Positions 23,301 to 35,234 of a stretch of DNA of 64,000 bases are shown here, piece by piece; the stretch's first letter is position 1, and each line of letters begins with the position of its first letter. Both the position numbers and the translations under genes were made by a program. The notes below the pieces were generated by a model. It was not told the origin of the DNA. It was given only the letters and a program-made list of their open reading frames with translations, and did no database searches. The stretch comes from Phoronis australis. Lineage: Eukaryota > Animalia > Phoronida. The DNA is taken from positions 129,570 to 193,569 of the forward strand of contig NMRA01000591.1 of NCBI GenBank assembly GCA_002633005.1. Reading direction: 5' to 3'.

Positions 23301-26300
23301 TCTGAATACTTTCACTCTGTGTTGCACTGCGCCAGTTTGTTCAGTTTACTTGCAACAGAAAGGTGGTTGGTTCGGACTACAGCGACTGGTTGTAATCGCG
23401 CCATACCTGTAGCACTAAGCATGGCATGTAGTATGCGTTGCTTCAGTCTATGAACGAGTACTAGGTTTGGGTGGGAAGTATCCTGCGGTGCTCTCGCGTA
23501 CCGTCCAGGAGTTGAAATTTTGAAACACTCGCCTTCTCAGGCTTCAGGTGTGCAAACTTGGTGGCTTGTGAGGGATTCACCTTTAGTCCCTGGAAGCGCT
23601 TCGTAAATAGTGAATTAGATCCTCTGGCATTTTAGGTTCATAATGATCTGCATGTAGATTATGTTTTACTTGAATTCATTTGGTTGGTATGATAGTGATA
23701 TAAATCATTGATAAGATTTCATTAAAGGCTTGTTGTGATCTTGTTCCTTGCCACACGGTTGATCATCAGGTGTGATAGTGATTAATGATTCGTTATCATT
23801 GATCAAAAGATGCTTTGGGGGCTGATGTCTAGTATTTACTTTCAGCCTCATATGAATTGATATCAATCTAAGCGTGGGTGCTGTTTCATTGACAGTAGTA
23901 GTGTAGTGCTCCTGTTTTTGTTGATTCCCAGTAGTTACTATACAGTTGTGTTGCAGATGAAGTCCATGTTCCAAAGTCGGCTGACGGAGCTGGAACCGTT
24001 GCCTGAGCTTTTGAAGACAGCCGAACTGAGACTACACGAAGCTAATGATAAACTATTGAGTTATGAGAGACAGAACAGTGAGAACACGCGTTTGATTGCA
24101 GAGCTTAGTGCCAAGGTAAACGTTTGGGTATTACTGTGGTATGAAGAATTGACCACTTCATATGCACACACAACTGGGCAATCTTTGTTCTCGATGCACG
24201 ACTTGAAAATTGATAAACACCAGGACATGAGTAAACTTTAGTTATAAATTTGTATTCGAGTTATGCTACATGATTAGATAAGTTTTGAATGTAGTCAAGT
24301 CTGAGTTTGTCTATTAGACCCTGGGACATGACAGCACCATCAGACTTTACCACTTCTTGCACACAGAGGGTACAAGTGTGAGACATTACCAGTCGTTATG
24401 TGTGCACAGATGGTATTACTTTGACACCTTACCTTTTGCTATACTGCAAGAATGTTGTAACTGCACCGATTTCATTGTCAATGTACGAGAAGTTACGATT
24501 TTAACTACCTGGGGTCATTGAGGTAATTACCACGGTAACAGTAATGTGTGATATTTCCACCACTGTTCACACCATTACCACACTGCCATAGCATAATGTC
24601 GTTTGATATCGAGAATTGGCGGTGGGATTACTTCCAATTTCATATGTCAGATATTCGTAACAAGGAATAGAAATCATTTGTGTCTAAAACACGAAGGAGA
24701 TTGTGTCGTCAAAATTCAAGAATATTTAATTTAACAAATTGATTTAACATTAAATAGGTGACATCACTAAAAGTACCTTCTCTTCAATAATGCAATGTGG
24801 GACGCCAATTTATGGAGTTTTAGCTTAGAAAGATTTCAGATCCATCAAGTTGTCATTTATTATAATTGTGTAGTTCACAAAATCATCCTGCTTGGCAATA
24901 TCTATCAACTTGCCACCAGGTGGAGCTGCAGAATGAACAGATGAACAACCTGCGTGACAAGTACCGGCTAGCGGAGGAGGATGTCCATAACCTGCAGGCT
25001 AAAGTAGACTCACTGGAGCGACGACTGGTTGAGAACGAGACTGAGAAGAGAGAACTGCACTCCTCATTGGCTCAGAGGGACGAAAGTATTCGCACAAATA
25101 ACGTACGTGCTCTTGAGATTCGTTTGATACACGGTGATGGAAGACCACTGAAGAATTCCCCCTTGTAAAGGATCCTGATCCTTGGGTTGTCTTAGTTTTT
25201 AACAGACATTTTGTTTTCAAATTGAATTTGGAGAATCTGAGAAATTAAGTTGTTGTTACTCTTGGTTATTAACGGTCATTGAAGATTGGGGAATTCAGTT
25301 TTGGTTGAAATGCATACAATGAATGGTGCTGCTTCTGAATCGCTTTCAATTTCGCAACTTTACAATCAAACAATCAATGATTAAGTGATGCCTTCGAAAA
25401 ACTTGAAAGTGGTAAACATGATTTTGTAAAACTGTTGTCCTTTGGTCTGGCGATGCCATCACACTGTAGTTATCTCCCATGAATATTGGGATTAACTGGA
25501 CTCAGACAAGTAATGTTACCTGGTATTGCTGATTCGTGGATGGGTGTGGAATATCAAATAATTTGTCTGGAATATTGATAGAATATAGATTGGTGTAAAG
25601 TATTGATCAGTGATGATGAAGTTGAATTGGCTCACCCTGTCTCATCATGTGTGCTTGTCTTGTTTGTTAGATGCGTCTGGAGGAGAAGTCGGCTGAGAAT
25701 GCTGCTCTGATGCGCCAACTGGAGGCAGCACTAACTGAGTCACGGCAACACGCTGAGGCGACACGTGACGCAAAGGCGGCTAGGGTGAGGGCTTGTTATG
25801 GTTGTGTGGTGGCAATTCATTGTTTGTTGTGGTATCATGGTGAAATGTCATCAATTTTGTACAAAAAAATAATTTTCAAAATTTTGTACTTTTTCATTTT
25901 TTATGCGTTTCTAATATGTTCTGAATGTTCATCGAAATTGTAAACCATAAATTTCGTGAAGCGCATGTATTGCATAGAAATGGATAATGCTCCGTGCAGG
26001 TATTAACTGTAGAAAAACAAACCCAGAGAAATTCAGTTTAAAAGGACAAAATTTAACTTTTGATTTATTCCACTTGGTGTGATTAAAAGAATCTTTTCAA
26101 GTTCCTTCCTCGGCTGCAGAAGAGTGGACAAGTTGTCGGTGTTTTAAACCAAGTCCATCAAGCTACTTGTCATCATGATGGCAGTTTTTATTCAGTCACC
26201 AAGCTAATGTGGCCGCCGGGAGTTGCAGGTGATTTGTGCACCTGAAATGAATTCGAACACAAGATAAGAACGCGATGTCATTGCTTTCGAAAATCAAATA

Positions 26301-28325
26301 GGCTTGTGAAAAATTTAATGTGATAGTATGGTTTGAAGTGGCTTTAATATTTAATGTAAACTCTCTTGAAATATCCATTTGTCAGATACTGACATGTCCT
26401 TGACAGTAAGCCTATAGAAGCTTATGGAGAGTCCTAATTATGAATGTGAAAACGCATTTTTGCCAAAATGATGATAAATCATGTTTTAGTTAATACTTCA
26501 CATTTTCTTTGGATGTCGATGTTTACTTTCCAGTTTCAAATTTGTTTTCTTCAGACTTCTACTTAAAGCATGGAACAGTTCTATATTAATTCTAACAGAT
26601 GAAAAATACAAAATAATGTTCATTCTCAATTTCTTGCGTGCTGTTTACAATTTTTGGAGAGAGGTGAGGGTTTTAGGAGAGTCGTTTTTCACCTGTAACC
26701 ACGTGTCTTGAGAAATTAACATCCGGCAAGTCTGTGAGATATTGCTGTCCGCTGATTGAATTTATTTTGGCGACGATTTGGGAGAAGTACATAATGTGAT
26801 GTGATTTTTCACAGAAGTGGTTTTTATTTTTCGCTATTTACTAGTAATACATGCCAATTCCGTTTCTTTATTCAAGATATTTAGAATATTAAGCAGTGTC
26901 ATATGACAAGGTGATATACCTGTTGTTTTGTGGAAATAATGAAATTTCGAATATATAATTAATAGTTTTATGGGTATTACAGTACTATAAATGCTAATAA
27001 AAAGTAGTTGTCCACAAGAATTTCAATCCTTGGTATTGAATGTACCCTAGTTCATAGCTTTCAATTTTAGCAATGAATTAAAAATATCGTGGCGCGTTAA
27101 TTTTCAGGAAAGAGAAACCCAGTCCAGACTTTTAGAGCTTGAGTCCCAGCTGAGTCAAGCCAAGGCAGAAATAGCTCGCTTCAAACGGGAAAAAGATGAG
27201 GTTAGTACAAGAATCGTTTTAAATGTCAGTGGTAATTTTTGTATTAATTCGTACAGTTTTGCAAATTATTGTCTTTGTTGACATGTGCTGTGTGAATTAT
27301 TAGATCCTTTTAACTAGGGTGGATAAACCTTAAATTGTGATAATTCTTCATCCATATAGCACCCAACATGGCTGTGATGTGATATTTCATTTAAAAATCA
27401 AATTTTCCAAAAATACAGATTAACAGATTTAGTCTCTGCTTTGTTTAATGTGTACTTTACTGTAAATGTCCCGAGACAATGTTTGGTGAATGAAGGTTTG
27501 CCTTACGTGGAACAATGTAGCCAGCCTTAAAAATTAGCTTTTCCACAATTAGTAGAATTTTGTGATTCTAATGCTGATGTTGTTGAACACTAAGTCACAG
27601 TTCTGCCATAAAACTTGGACCAGTGTGACAGTACAATGTGTCTAAGTCCGGAAATGTGTAGCCAGCTAAATTTTCAAAAAGTGGGCCTGTCAGACGACGC
27701 GTTTTCTATCCCCGTGAAAGACGAGAGCGAATTCAGGATGTGACAGTTAGTTTTAAACCTTTGTGAAACTGACCAGTGGTTCCATGCTATGTGAAGGCGA
27801 CCAGTTGCACAACAGTAGGTGAAACTGACCGGCTGTAGTACAGTATATGAAGCTGACCAGTTGTATGACAGTATGTGACACCTGGTGGTACAAAAGCAAG
27901 GCTGTAGTGGAACACTGAATACCAAATAAGTACAGTAGTGCTTGAAGAGTGTGGATGGCTATAGTAAGTTAATGAGCAAGGCCGTCATTATCATTTGATA
28001 GCAAAGAAATGAACCATTTGAAAGACCAAAAGCATTCGAAGTCCATGATTACTGAAGATTTCGTAGTGGATTTGAATGTTTTGATTTTTTCAAATATTTG
28101 ACTTTGTTGGTATTTTATTGTTTACCTAATTCTTTTATTTTCAAGTCTGAAAGAAAATTCAACTCAAGACTTTACGACCTCAAAGATCGGCTGGAGCAGT
28201 CTCACAGTTCCAACCGTAGTATGCAGAACTACGTCCAGTTTCTCAAGAACTCTTATGCCAACGTGTTTGGCGATTCTTCTCTCATCACCACAAGTTCGCC
28301 TATCAAACCCTCGGGGCTTGTCTAA
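8190..28325 (+). CDS. ODF2: Outer dense fiber protein 2 / cenexin orthologue, 17 coding exons, ~838 aa (gene span)
   Basis: Exons joined by hand give one open frame: 8190-8315, 9400-9540, 9729-9887, 12292-12479, 13282-13411, 13956-14162, 14539-14727, 15335-15450, 16300-16479, 17617-17752, 18562-18672, 22193-22297, 23957-24115, 24920-25102, 25671-25784, 27108-27200, 28146-28325. Diagnostic ODF2 motifs recalled from vertebrate cenexin: N-terminal PPVHVHVEDDTPIHVHV, PWVPAPGKS, YEKKIDSLM, KLVEVEMDG, RGHLQKQLRGKEADCNR, and C-terminal DLKDRLEQSHSSNRSMQNYVQFLKNSYANVFGD; heptad-rich coiled coil in between. Confidence 0.95.
8720..9220 (+). mobile_element. Highly decayed LINE ORF2 fragment in ODF2 intron
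   Basis: IIDPAKVAETLNS (cf. ITDP..IA..FN.YF) and VPQGTSL (cf. GVPQGS.LGP of LINE RT). Confidence 0.45.
9400..9540 (+). CDS. ODF2: ODF2 coding exon 2 (SRIQDTK...GPWVPAPGKSRKNMKVSWQ)
   Basis: ttttag acceptor, CAG|GTATGG donor, 141 nt phase 0-0; PWxPxPGKS motif. The supplied ORF track shows a different (wrong) frame here. Confidence 0.88.
9729..9887 (+). CDS. ODF2: ODF2 coding exon 3 (GDSARLEI...YEKKIDSLMTEVGTLRNE)
   Basis: ttgttag acceptor, GAG|GTGGGT donor, 159 nt; KKIDSLM motif. Confidence 0.92.
12292..12479 (+). CDS. ODF2: ODF2 coding exon 4 (ADVQRAFREI...TETENRLLRRSMDNLKEEASLT)
   Basis: cttcag acceptor, AA|GTAAGA donor (phase 2). Confidence 0.92.
13282..13411 (+). CDS. ODF2: ODF2 coding exon 5 (LERDTMGQERQRLLNKLVEVEMDG...LKDTIRRLKE)
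   Basis: caacag acceptor, GAG|GTGTGT donor; phase 2 in matches exon 4. Confidence 0.92.
13956..14162 (+). CDS. ODF2: ODF2 coding exon 6 (EKRLSSADSAHLAKQKELL...DKDNQ)
   Basis: ttgtag acceptor, CAG|GTTTGT donor, 207 nt. Confidence 0.92.
14539..14727 (+). CDS. ODF2: ODF2 coding exon 7 (HMRLDVLERD...KEADCNRMAVQIR)
   Basis: tgacag acceptor, AGG|GTAAGG donor, 189 nt. Confidence 0.93.
15335..15450 (+). CDS. ODF2: ODF2 coding exon 8 (SLETQLAQERIEVDH...DKEALKKAT)
   Basis: ttccag acceptor, AAG|GTTTTT donor (phase 2); KEALKKA.R motif; absent from ORF track. Confidence 0.9.
16300..16479 (+). CDS. ODF2: ODF2 coding exon 9 (VQKQRAARSED...ENTALK)
   Basis: tcctcag acceptor, GAG|GTGGGT donor, phase 2-2. 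Confidence 0.92.
17617..17752 (+). CDS. ODF2: ODF2 coding exon 10 (RVSELEADLE...LRLENERLR)
   Basis: ttccag acceptor, AGG|GTAAAC donor, phase 2-0. Confidence 0.92.
18562..18672 (+). CDS. ODF2: ODF2 coding exon 11 (SSITSIEDKLSQA...VKQYEGLVEEYRTQ)
   Basis: tttcag acceptor, CAG|GTAAGC donor, 111 nt. Confidence 0.93.
19274..19332. promoter_or_regulatory. Three tandem RFX X-box-like motifs
   Basis: GTTGTCATGGCGAT (19274), GTTGCCGTGATGAT (19296), GTTGTCATGGTGAA (19319); consensus GTTGCCATGGCAAC. Confidence 0.4.
22193..22297 (+). CDS. ODF2: ODF2 coding exon 12 (MNQARREADETSYRLEE...EEELDK)
   Basis: ttttag acceptor, AAG|GTGAGC donor, 105 nt; absent from ORF track. Confidence 0.9.
23957..24115 (+). 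CDS. ODF2: ODF2 coding exon 13 (MKSMFQSRLTELEPLPELLK...IAELSAK)
   Basis: ttgcag acceptor, AAG|GTAAAC donor, 159 nt; LxxLPxxLK motif. Confidence 0.93.
24920..25102 (+). CDS. ODF2: ODF2 coding exon 14 (VELQNEQMNNLRDK...RDESIRTNN)
   Basis: caccag acceptor, AAC|GTACGT donor, 183 nt. Confidence 0.9.
25671..25784 (+). CDS. ODF2: ODF2 coding exon 15 (MRLEEKSAENAALMRQLEAAL...KAAR)
   Basis: tgttag acceptor, AGG|GTGAGG donor, 114 nt. Confidence 0.93.
27108..27200 (+). CDS. ODF2: ODF2 coding exon 16 (ERETQSRLLELESQLSQAKAEIARFKREKDE)
   Basis: ttttcag acceptor, GAG|GTTAGT donor, 93 nt; absent from ORF track. Confidence 0.92.
27762..27900. repeat. Degenerate 28-bp minisatellite, 4-5 units
   Basis: tgtgaaactgaccagtggttccatgcta / tgtgaaggcgaccagttgcacaacagta / ggtgaaactgaccggctgtagtacagta / tatgaagctgaccagttgtatgacagta. 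Confidence 0.75.
28146..28325 (+). CDS. ODF2: ODF2 terminal coding exon 17 (SERKFNSRLYDLKDRLEQ...SYANVFGD...PSGLV*)
   Basis: Long pyrimidine tract then AAG acceptor (28143-28145); highly conserved cenexin C-terminus; TAA 28323-28325. Confidence 0.93.
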   Translation, partial: SERKFNSRLYDLKDRLEQSHSSNRSMQNYVQFLKNSYANVFGDSSLITTSSPIKPSGLV

Positions 28326-30442
28326 TACATGTTCAGGGCTCATCTAATTCATATTCAGGGGTTGCTGTTTTCATCTTGAGCCGCATGCTGTAGCGTCTAA
28401 GCAAATGCTGGCATTTCTCTTTGTCGAAAATTGACTTAGTTTCAAAGCAGACATTTCCAGATAATTTTCAAATGTATGAGTGCAGCATGCAAAAACTAAA
28501 TCAATTTGAGCAGTCTTTTGAATAGGAGACACCAAAATATCAGCAAAAGTTTGTTCTAAAGATAGAACATTAAAGATTTTTGGTCTTACAGCATATTCTC
28601 AAAGTCTAGATTATGCACCTGGTCAAAATTATTGTTGTGAAATTGGAACAGTTGTTCAAATCCTCTTAAAATATTCTGGACATTGGTGAATTTCCTGTTT
28701 TGCTTAAATTACATGTACAAGTTTCTAAAATATTTATTGTTCTATTCCTTCCTACCTCAAGAAAAGTTCATTTGAGCCCGCTTAGTATACCCTCAGTTTC
28801 AACATAAATTAACATAATTAGTGGGATGTTCCACTTAGCAAGTTTCAACTTTGCGATGATCGTAATCACTCCTACGAGCTGATCATGCTAAGTGGATAGC
28901 CTCGGAGTAAGACGGTTAAACAGGAAACAACTAATTTTCCCTTTGGTCCTAAATGAAGAATTTTTACTTTGTTATTTTTCGTATGCTTTACTTCTGGGTA
29001 TTCACCGTAACTTTGACTAACTTGACTTGAAAACCAGTGCACGGGGAAATCTGTTTTCATCACATACTGACAATCTTTTGGGGCGTGTTTGATTACATTA
29101 GACCAGTAATGTAAAAAGTGACAGTCTTTTGGGGGGCGTTTGATTACGTGAGTTCAGTAAATGGACAAATTGCGTTTTACGAGTGATCCCGCGAGGTCAC
29201 GCGTTCTGTTAACATGGACAATGGTTGCTACCAAATTACGAGTTTCAAATGAACAAAAAATATCAGAAAGGAAGAACCACTTATTTTTCAAACTGACATA
29301 ATTATTAAAGATGCTATGTCTCATTAAAACAGTGAATATTTAAATTTGTAGCAAGCGCCACCTTGTGACTTCTTGGAGAACTGCATGTACTAGTGTAATC
29401 AGAAAAAGAAACAATTTGTAAATAAAATGCAGATCTAAAGAAAACACTGCAACCGATACACTTAAAAACAAGTCTGAAGGCATATAAAATCCTAGAAATT
29501 CCAAATATTATGCAATCATTCCATAGTGAAATAAACATAATAAAAATGTGCCTTGTTTTATAGGGGTAACAATGAAATATTACCATACTCATTTACATAA
29601 TGAGACTTTTGCGAGATTGTAATGGTAACTGATTTTTGGACACGGGATTATTTGTAACCTAGTACTTCATTTGCATATTCACAACTTAATGAGTCATNGG
29701 GCAACCTAAATTAATGCGGGTCCCAAACGCCCTCTCACACATTGCCTTCTTTATTAATGTAGGGGGCCACACTTTTGAGGCTCTGCTTTTTTTAATTGCC
29801 TACGTCATTTTGATAACAATAAATCATTTTAAATAACAGGTGTGAAGTTAATGGAAAGTGGAAATGCAGTGTTAGTGGAAAGCTGGCCAATAGATAATAA
29901 CACACTAACTAGTTGTTTAAATTGTGGTAAAGGTGATTATCGAGTATTGAGACCTGGGAGTAAATTATTTTTATCCATTGATCTTTCCCTTTGTTCAAAC
30001 TCCATGATGATCAAAATGTGTACCAGGCTAGAATGTTTTGTGGGGGACAGGCACTGAGAAATGCATCTACTGGCTGCGTTGAGTAGTCGCAAAGAATTTG
30101 ATACATGTGAATCCTGCATGCAAGATACGTGCACAACACGTGTGCCAGGAAATCATCACTAATGAAACAGAAACAGGGAATCTAAAATCATAATTCATCT
30201 CTCCATGATCACCAGCCCATCCCTTCTGTGGTGGCCATTTTGCCCGACAAATGCAAAGTACTTCCTGTACTTGTGAAACACCTTTCAGTCGCATCATTGT
30301 GCATGGTCTTGCAGGATTTCGAGATATGCGTTTGGATATCCAGGGTTGCAGCCCGGATTATTATTGCTATTGTTGTATTATGATTAATTCTTTGTATTAG
30401 AAGTAGTTTTAGCAATGGTAGTAGTAGCAGTCTTCAATGTAG

Positions 30443-30650
30443 AGGATACAATGTGGCCCAGTGGTTTGAGTTCGGAGACCCGGGATCGGGGTTCGAATCC
30501 CGACTTTACTGGCAGACAATCGAGCATTGCTTTAAAAGTGTCTCCTACTCTACTCAGCTCAGACTTACTGAATGTATGCAAGGGAGTGAATGAGAACCTG
30601 GGTATAATGCGAAAGCGATTTACGGGAGAATGGTAATATTTAAAAAAAAT
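30443..30650 (+). mobile_element. tRNA-derived SINE
   Basis: Pol III A box TGGCCCAGTGG (30454) and B box GGTTCGAATCC (30490-30500), no complete cloverleaf, A-rich tail at ~30642. Confidence 0.7.
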
Positions 30651-30931
30651 GTAAAAATACTCTAGTTCTGCATTTTGTTGTTTTAATTTATTATTGACCA
30701 GGATAGTTTGAGTGTAAATATACTGGCTTCACTTGTCATGAATTATGAATGCTTTCATGAAAGGTGTTGCTGTTGCCTAACAACCTCAGTGTAGTTTAAG
30801 ATAGTTTGTATCCTGGTAAACTTTTTCAATTACGTATCTTGGACGCTCTGTCTGCGAAATAGTTTTAATCTATTGTATGTTTTACAACATTGTATTGTTG
30901 GTGGTTAAGATCATGTAGGACCCTTGGAAAA

Positions 30932-31060
30932 GAATTCCAAAGTTTTGTTAGTCTTTAACCCAATATCTCACAAATAATTCCAAAGTTTTGTTAGTCTCTA
31001 ACCCAATATCTCACAAAGAATTCCAAAGTTTTGTTAGTCTCTAACCCAATATCTCATAAA
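30932..31060. repeat. 43-bp tandem repeat x3
   Basis: gaattccaaagttttgttagtctytaacccaatatctcacaaa starting 30932, 30975, 31018. Confidence 0.97.
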
Positions 31061-33562
31061 TTGCTGCTTGGATTCACATGAAACTCTTAGATACAATGGT
31101 TCATACACTGTTTTTTTGAAACGGGGTTAGAGATTGTTTTTTAAATATCACAGTTTTTCTGAGAGGATGTGAAAATAGAACTTTTGATGATTTTCTTGAA
31201 AAAAAATCCTAAGGTTTCACAACAGCATTTTTGAGATATCACCTTAAATGTTTATTTTAAATAAGGTTTTTAAAATCATTTTTTTGGTATATTTTTCCAC
31301 TATGATTTTACTTTGCCATTTTTGTTGAATTGTAATAAAGAGACATGGTCACGTGAGCCTATTGGTAAAATGTTAAAAATCAAATTTTATAGGCTTTCTA
31401 CTTCAAAAATATGTGTTATTACTGAGTTAAAATCTATAGTTATGTAGATATTTGGTAAATGACAACTCAGCTAGTGTGTCTTCGTGTTGCATGTACAGGT
31501 TGAAGATGTGTTCATTGAAAAGTTAACATAAATGTGTGATCAAGCTCGAGTGTTCATTTGTCGCTGACTTAGCAACAACGACACGTAACAAGTGAGATAT
31601 AAATTATCCCAAAATACTATTGTTATTTTTGGGGTTGTCGGAAAAAAATACTATATGTTTACATTTTTTTATTTTGTTCCATATTTGTTTGTCACTCAGC
31701 AGTAGGCCTTAGTCTTGAGAAAATCATGTATTTATCTTGACTGATTTACAACTTGATTAAAAGTTTCACAACTGAAGTAAAGGCAACGCTATGTGATCAC
31801 GGATGACCTGCAGCACCCAGTACTGGATAAAGGCCTAGGGAGTCCTCCAGTCTGGGTGGTCTAGTACTTCCATCGAGCTGTCCCAGTCACGCTTTTTCAC
31901 CCGCGCCCGGTCGCCACAATTTTCCATCCCTCACCCCGCTCGGTGCATTTTTTACCTCTCTCCTTTTGACTGCGACTTGGAACTCCTGTTCTGAGCAAGA
32001 CCCTGAATAGACTGTGTATGTAACTTACTTAGTACAGTTAGGTAAGTAATCCGACAATTTAAGAACGGTTCCAATTACTAAAATCCTTTAATTTATTTTA
32101 CTTTTGAATTCCACTGAAAGCAGTTTAACGGCAAACTTTTCATCATTTTTGGCAGCGTTTCATCAAGACACATTATTGCAGGAACAATTTGTTCCGGTTT
32201 TTGCTGGCACTCCAGTACCTCTAATTTTACCGCTACAGCACTGTGCATATCACAAAAGCCAGTTTTCCGTCTTTATTGTGAGACAGCCTGTGCGCTAGCT
32301 GTTAATCGAAATGAACTATTCCAGCTCACGCACCACTAATCAGGGGCCACGCGCGTGTGCCAATTATATCAACTGAATAATGCCTAATTTGTCCAACGTC
32401 AACAATTTGCGCAAATTTAAGTTTGACAAAACCGTAACTGTAAATTCAAGAATTGTAATCTTGGGTACCTGGCGCCTTGGTGAATCTTCAGACAATTTAG
32501 TGGCCCGCTGTTTTTTGTTGGCGCGCCGGCTTTAACCAGCACTGCACGACACCGACAATTTTTTGAGCAACGCTCATGGGGCCCCGCACCATTGACCTTA
32601 CATGCAGTTGAAACTAAACTTTCCAAATAGGGTTAGCATCACCTGAGGCCAATGCTTCCATAGGGGTAGAAAAATCAATACACGTTTTTTGGTAAAGGCG
32701 TCTCTGACAATGCTGTAAGCGCCGGTTCCGTAAAAAGTGTGGAACCAAAGTAGACGATGTGCTTGGTATGCTACGTTGTTAATCCGGCAGTGACAGCTGT
32801 ACGGCTATATTCACTCAAGTTCCAGCAACTTCGCTCTAGGCCAACAGTTTTAAAGACATAGTTTCACACCAAAACAACTGCTTTTCAACTCAAAGAATAT
32901 CATTGCATGAGCCCGTTACTTGGACTAGTTACTGTCCGCACAGCTTGATTAATTAGATAAGCCCAGCAGTAATGACCTCCGACTTCAGCCGAGTCAATTT
33001 TGAAAACAGACTAGGCGGTTACATAAGCGTCTGTGATGTCGAGTCCGGAAGACAACTGTGTTGTAGGAATGAACTCGGCTGGTAAACCGCAGTCACACAA
33101 GGCAGAAACCAACATGGATTACGAAAGCTTTAGCGACGAGTCTTCCAACGACGAGGAAATTTTAGAAAATCTTTTGTAACGATGAAGCGTCGGACACAGA
33201 CAATATGCACAACGACCATCGTGAGCGTGTTCTTGACAACATAAACGGGCCCTGCAGGTTCTGGTTTTCGTTGCACCCACTGCAGTGACGCGGCAGCATT
33301 TTACGTGTATACAACCAGTGATACACTTGTCCTCATGTTTCAGTTGGCTAGAACTCTGTAAGAAATTCCCGTTTGAGAGGCAAAGTTGAATTTTCTAGCC
33401 GTAGCGTGTCCGTTTTTCATTCGCCGCCCGCAGACTCGTAAAATTGAGGGGTCTTACCACCCAGACAGTTGAACCCATAATTACCTTGCGCGTACGTTGT
33501 AAACCAGGACTCGACAAACAAGTGTCAATTGGAGCCAACAAGCACTTGTTTATTGTGTCCTG

Positions 33563-33713
33563 GCGTGCGTTCAGTAGACGCTAGGACCTACGCTAGGACC
33601 TAGCTAAAATCTAGTCAAAGTCACGTGTTCTCATTTAAAATACACGGCAATATCTCACGTAATCTCGTGAAGTCTTGCTTTTTAGCGAGGTCCTAACGTT
33701 ACTGAACGGGAGG
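33563..33713 (+). mobile_element. ~150-bp PIF/Harbinger-like MITE, family A copy 1
   Basis: Subterminal IR cgttcagta.acgctaggacct / aggtcctaacgttactgaacg; CTG on both flanks (3-bp TSD); near-identical copies at 53664, 60108. Confidence 0.85.
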
Positions 33714-34787
33714 CTGAGTTGAAACGAGTTTCCATTGTATCTGCTTGACTCATCCTTTCCCCGCTGTATTCATTGTCGAACAACTAAACTCATACACGAT
33801 CACGTTTCGCTGCGCTTTCGATTGCGTGATCCCGAGTTGGGAAAGGTGATCTCGGGTTTGGATAATATGAAAATATATACCCCTGCCTGTATTGCTTGTA
33901 TTTTCATCTTTTATTCTGTAAAGACCACACAATTGCTTGTTCCGGGAGGTTTATAGGAGTTTGCCATCTCCATAGAAGTGTTTTTAACTTGTTAATTTTG
34001 CATAGTGTAAAGAAATTTAAAATATACGACACATAATTAGTGACAGTGGCGCACAATTATCAAGTCATGCATGATCGAGGAAGGCGTCCGAGAGCCGGGC
34101 CGTGTCTCAGTGTGGTCCAAAAGCCGTGCGTTTCCGGCCGGGTGCGTAAGCCGTGTTCTTCCGAGTGCGGAGCAACTCCGCTCTACACAAATTTGATTGC
34201 ATGTACATGTACACTGTACATGTATATACAATGTAAAAGCCCACTGGCTTATATAGTGTTGAAAATGTTACTTACGAGATACGTTGGTTAACGTAAATCA
34301 GAATTGAAGGCCCACTTGTGTAGGCCTACAGCCTCTGTCATACAAATTTTTCAAAATATGTGTATGAAAGTTGAGTAAATGAAGGAAACTCGCTGTTAAG
34401 TACATTCTTGTAGAAAATTATTAAAAGACCATGGCAAGTGAGACTGACGATCAGACGTTGAGCAAAATATAAAATTGAAGCCTGCAGCAAATACCACCAA
34501 AAGTTTAAGAATGACTTTTTTAGCCATAACTTAACATGGCGTTACCTCATACAATGTAGTTACAGATTTTTACTCGGTTACGTCGGTTGCTCTAATCGTA
34601 TATTACATGTAGAATATAACGGTAGATTAGATTTGATCTGCAAGGATAACTATATATTAAATGCTAATAAATAATATTTGTGATAACATTGTAGAGGATG
34701 AGCATAATTGCATATGATATGTAAAGGATATAATGAGTTCAGGTCACCTCTTATGAGAAGAAATCAGTCAAAAGCATCCCCACACGT

Positions 34788-34822
34788 ACACACACAAACA
34801 CACACACACACACACACACACA
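34788..34822. repeat. (CA)n microsatellite
   Basis: Direct reading. Confidence 0.95.
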
Positions 34823-35234
34823 AGAATTTTGCCCCCATACTGGGAGTTTCTTCTCATTTATATCTATTTTGCAGAATCTAGGAAAAAATGTTTCGATGTA
34901 CCTTCAGTTCTGTTTGAGCTGATGTATTTCGGTCGACCCCTGTTCCCTAGTTCCTACCCCTCCCCTGTGTTTCCCGCCCCTATGTTACCCCGTCCCTACG
35001 TGTTCCCCGTCCGGATACTCTTCATGCTGGTTAATAAAACCCTGTTTTGATGATTTCAATCAGTCCTCCTTCTGCCACCGGCTAATGCGTCATTGGCGTC
35101 AGTCTTGAAAGATAAAAGCAGTAATCGACTAAAAACTCATAAACCCTATTTCGCAAATTACAGATTATGTGCTTTGGTGGGTGGTCTCTTCCCCACAATG
35201 GCTGTGTAATTCGTTAAAAAAGTAGGTCGATTTC

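Noticed and set aside
30454-30503. Functional tRNA gene
   Set aside because: A-B box spacing too short, no anticodon/acceptor stems; treated as SINE head.
32530-33500. piggyBac-like remnant with acidic start MDYESFSDESSNDEEILENLL
   Set aside because: ORF stops after 21 codons; no TIR pair or catalytic motifs found.
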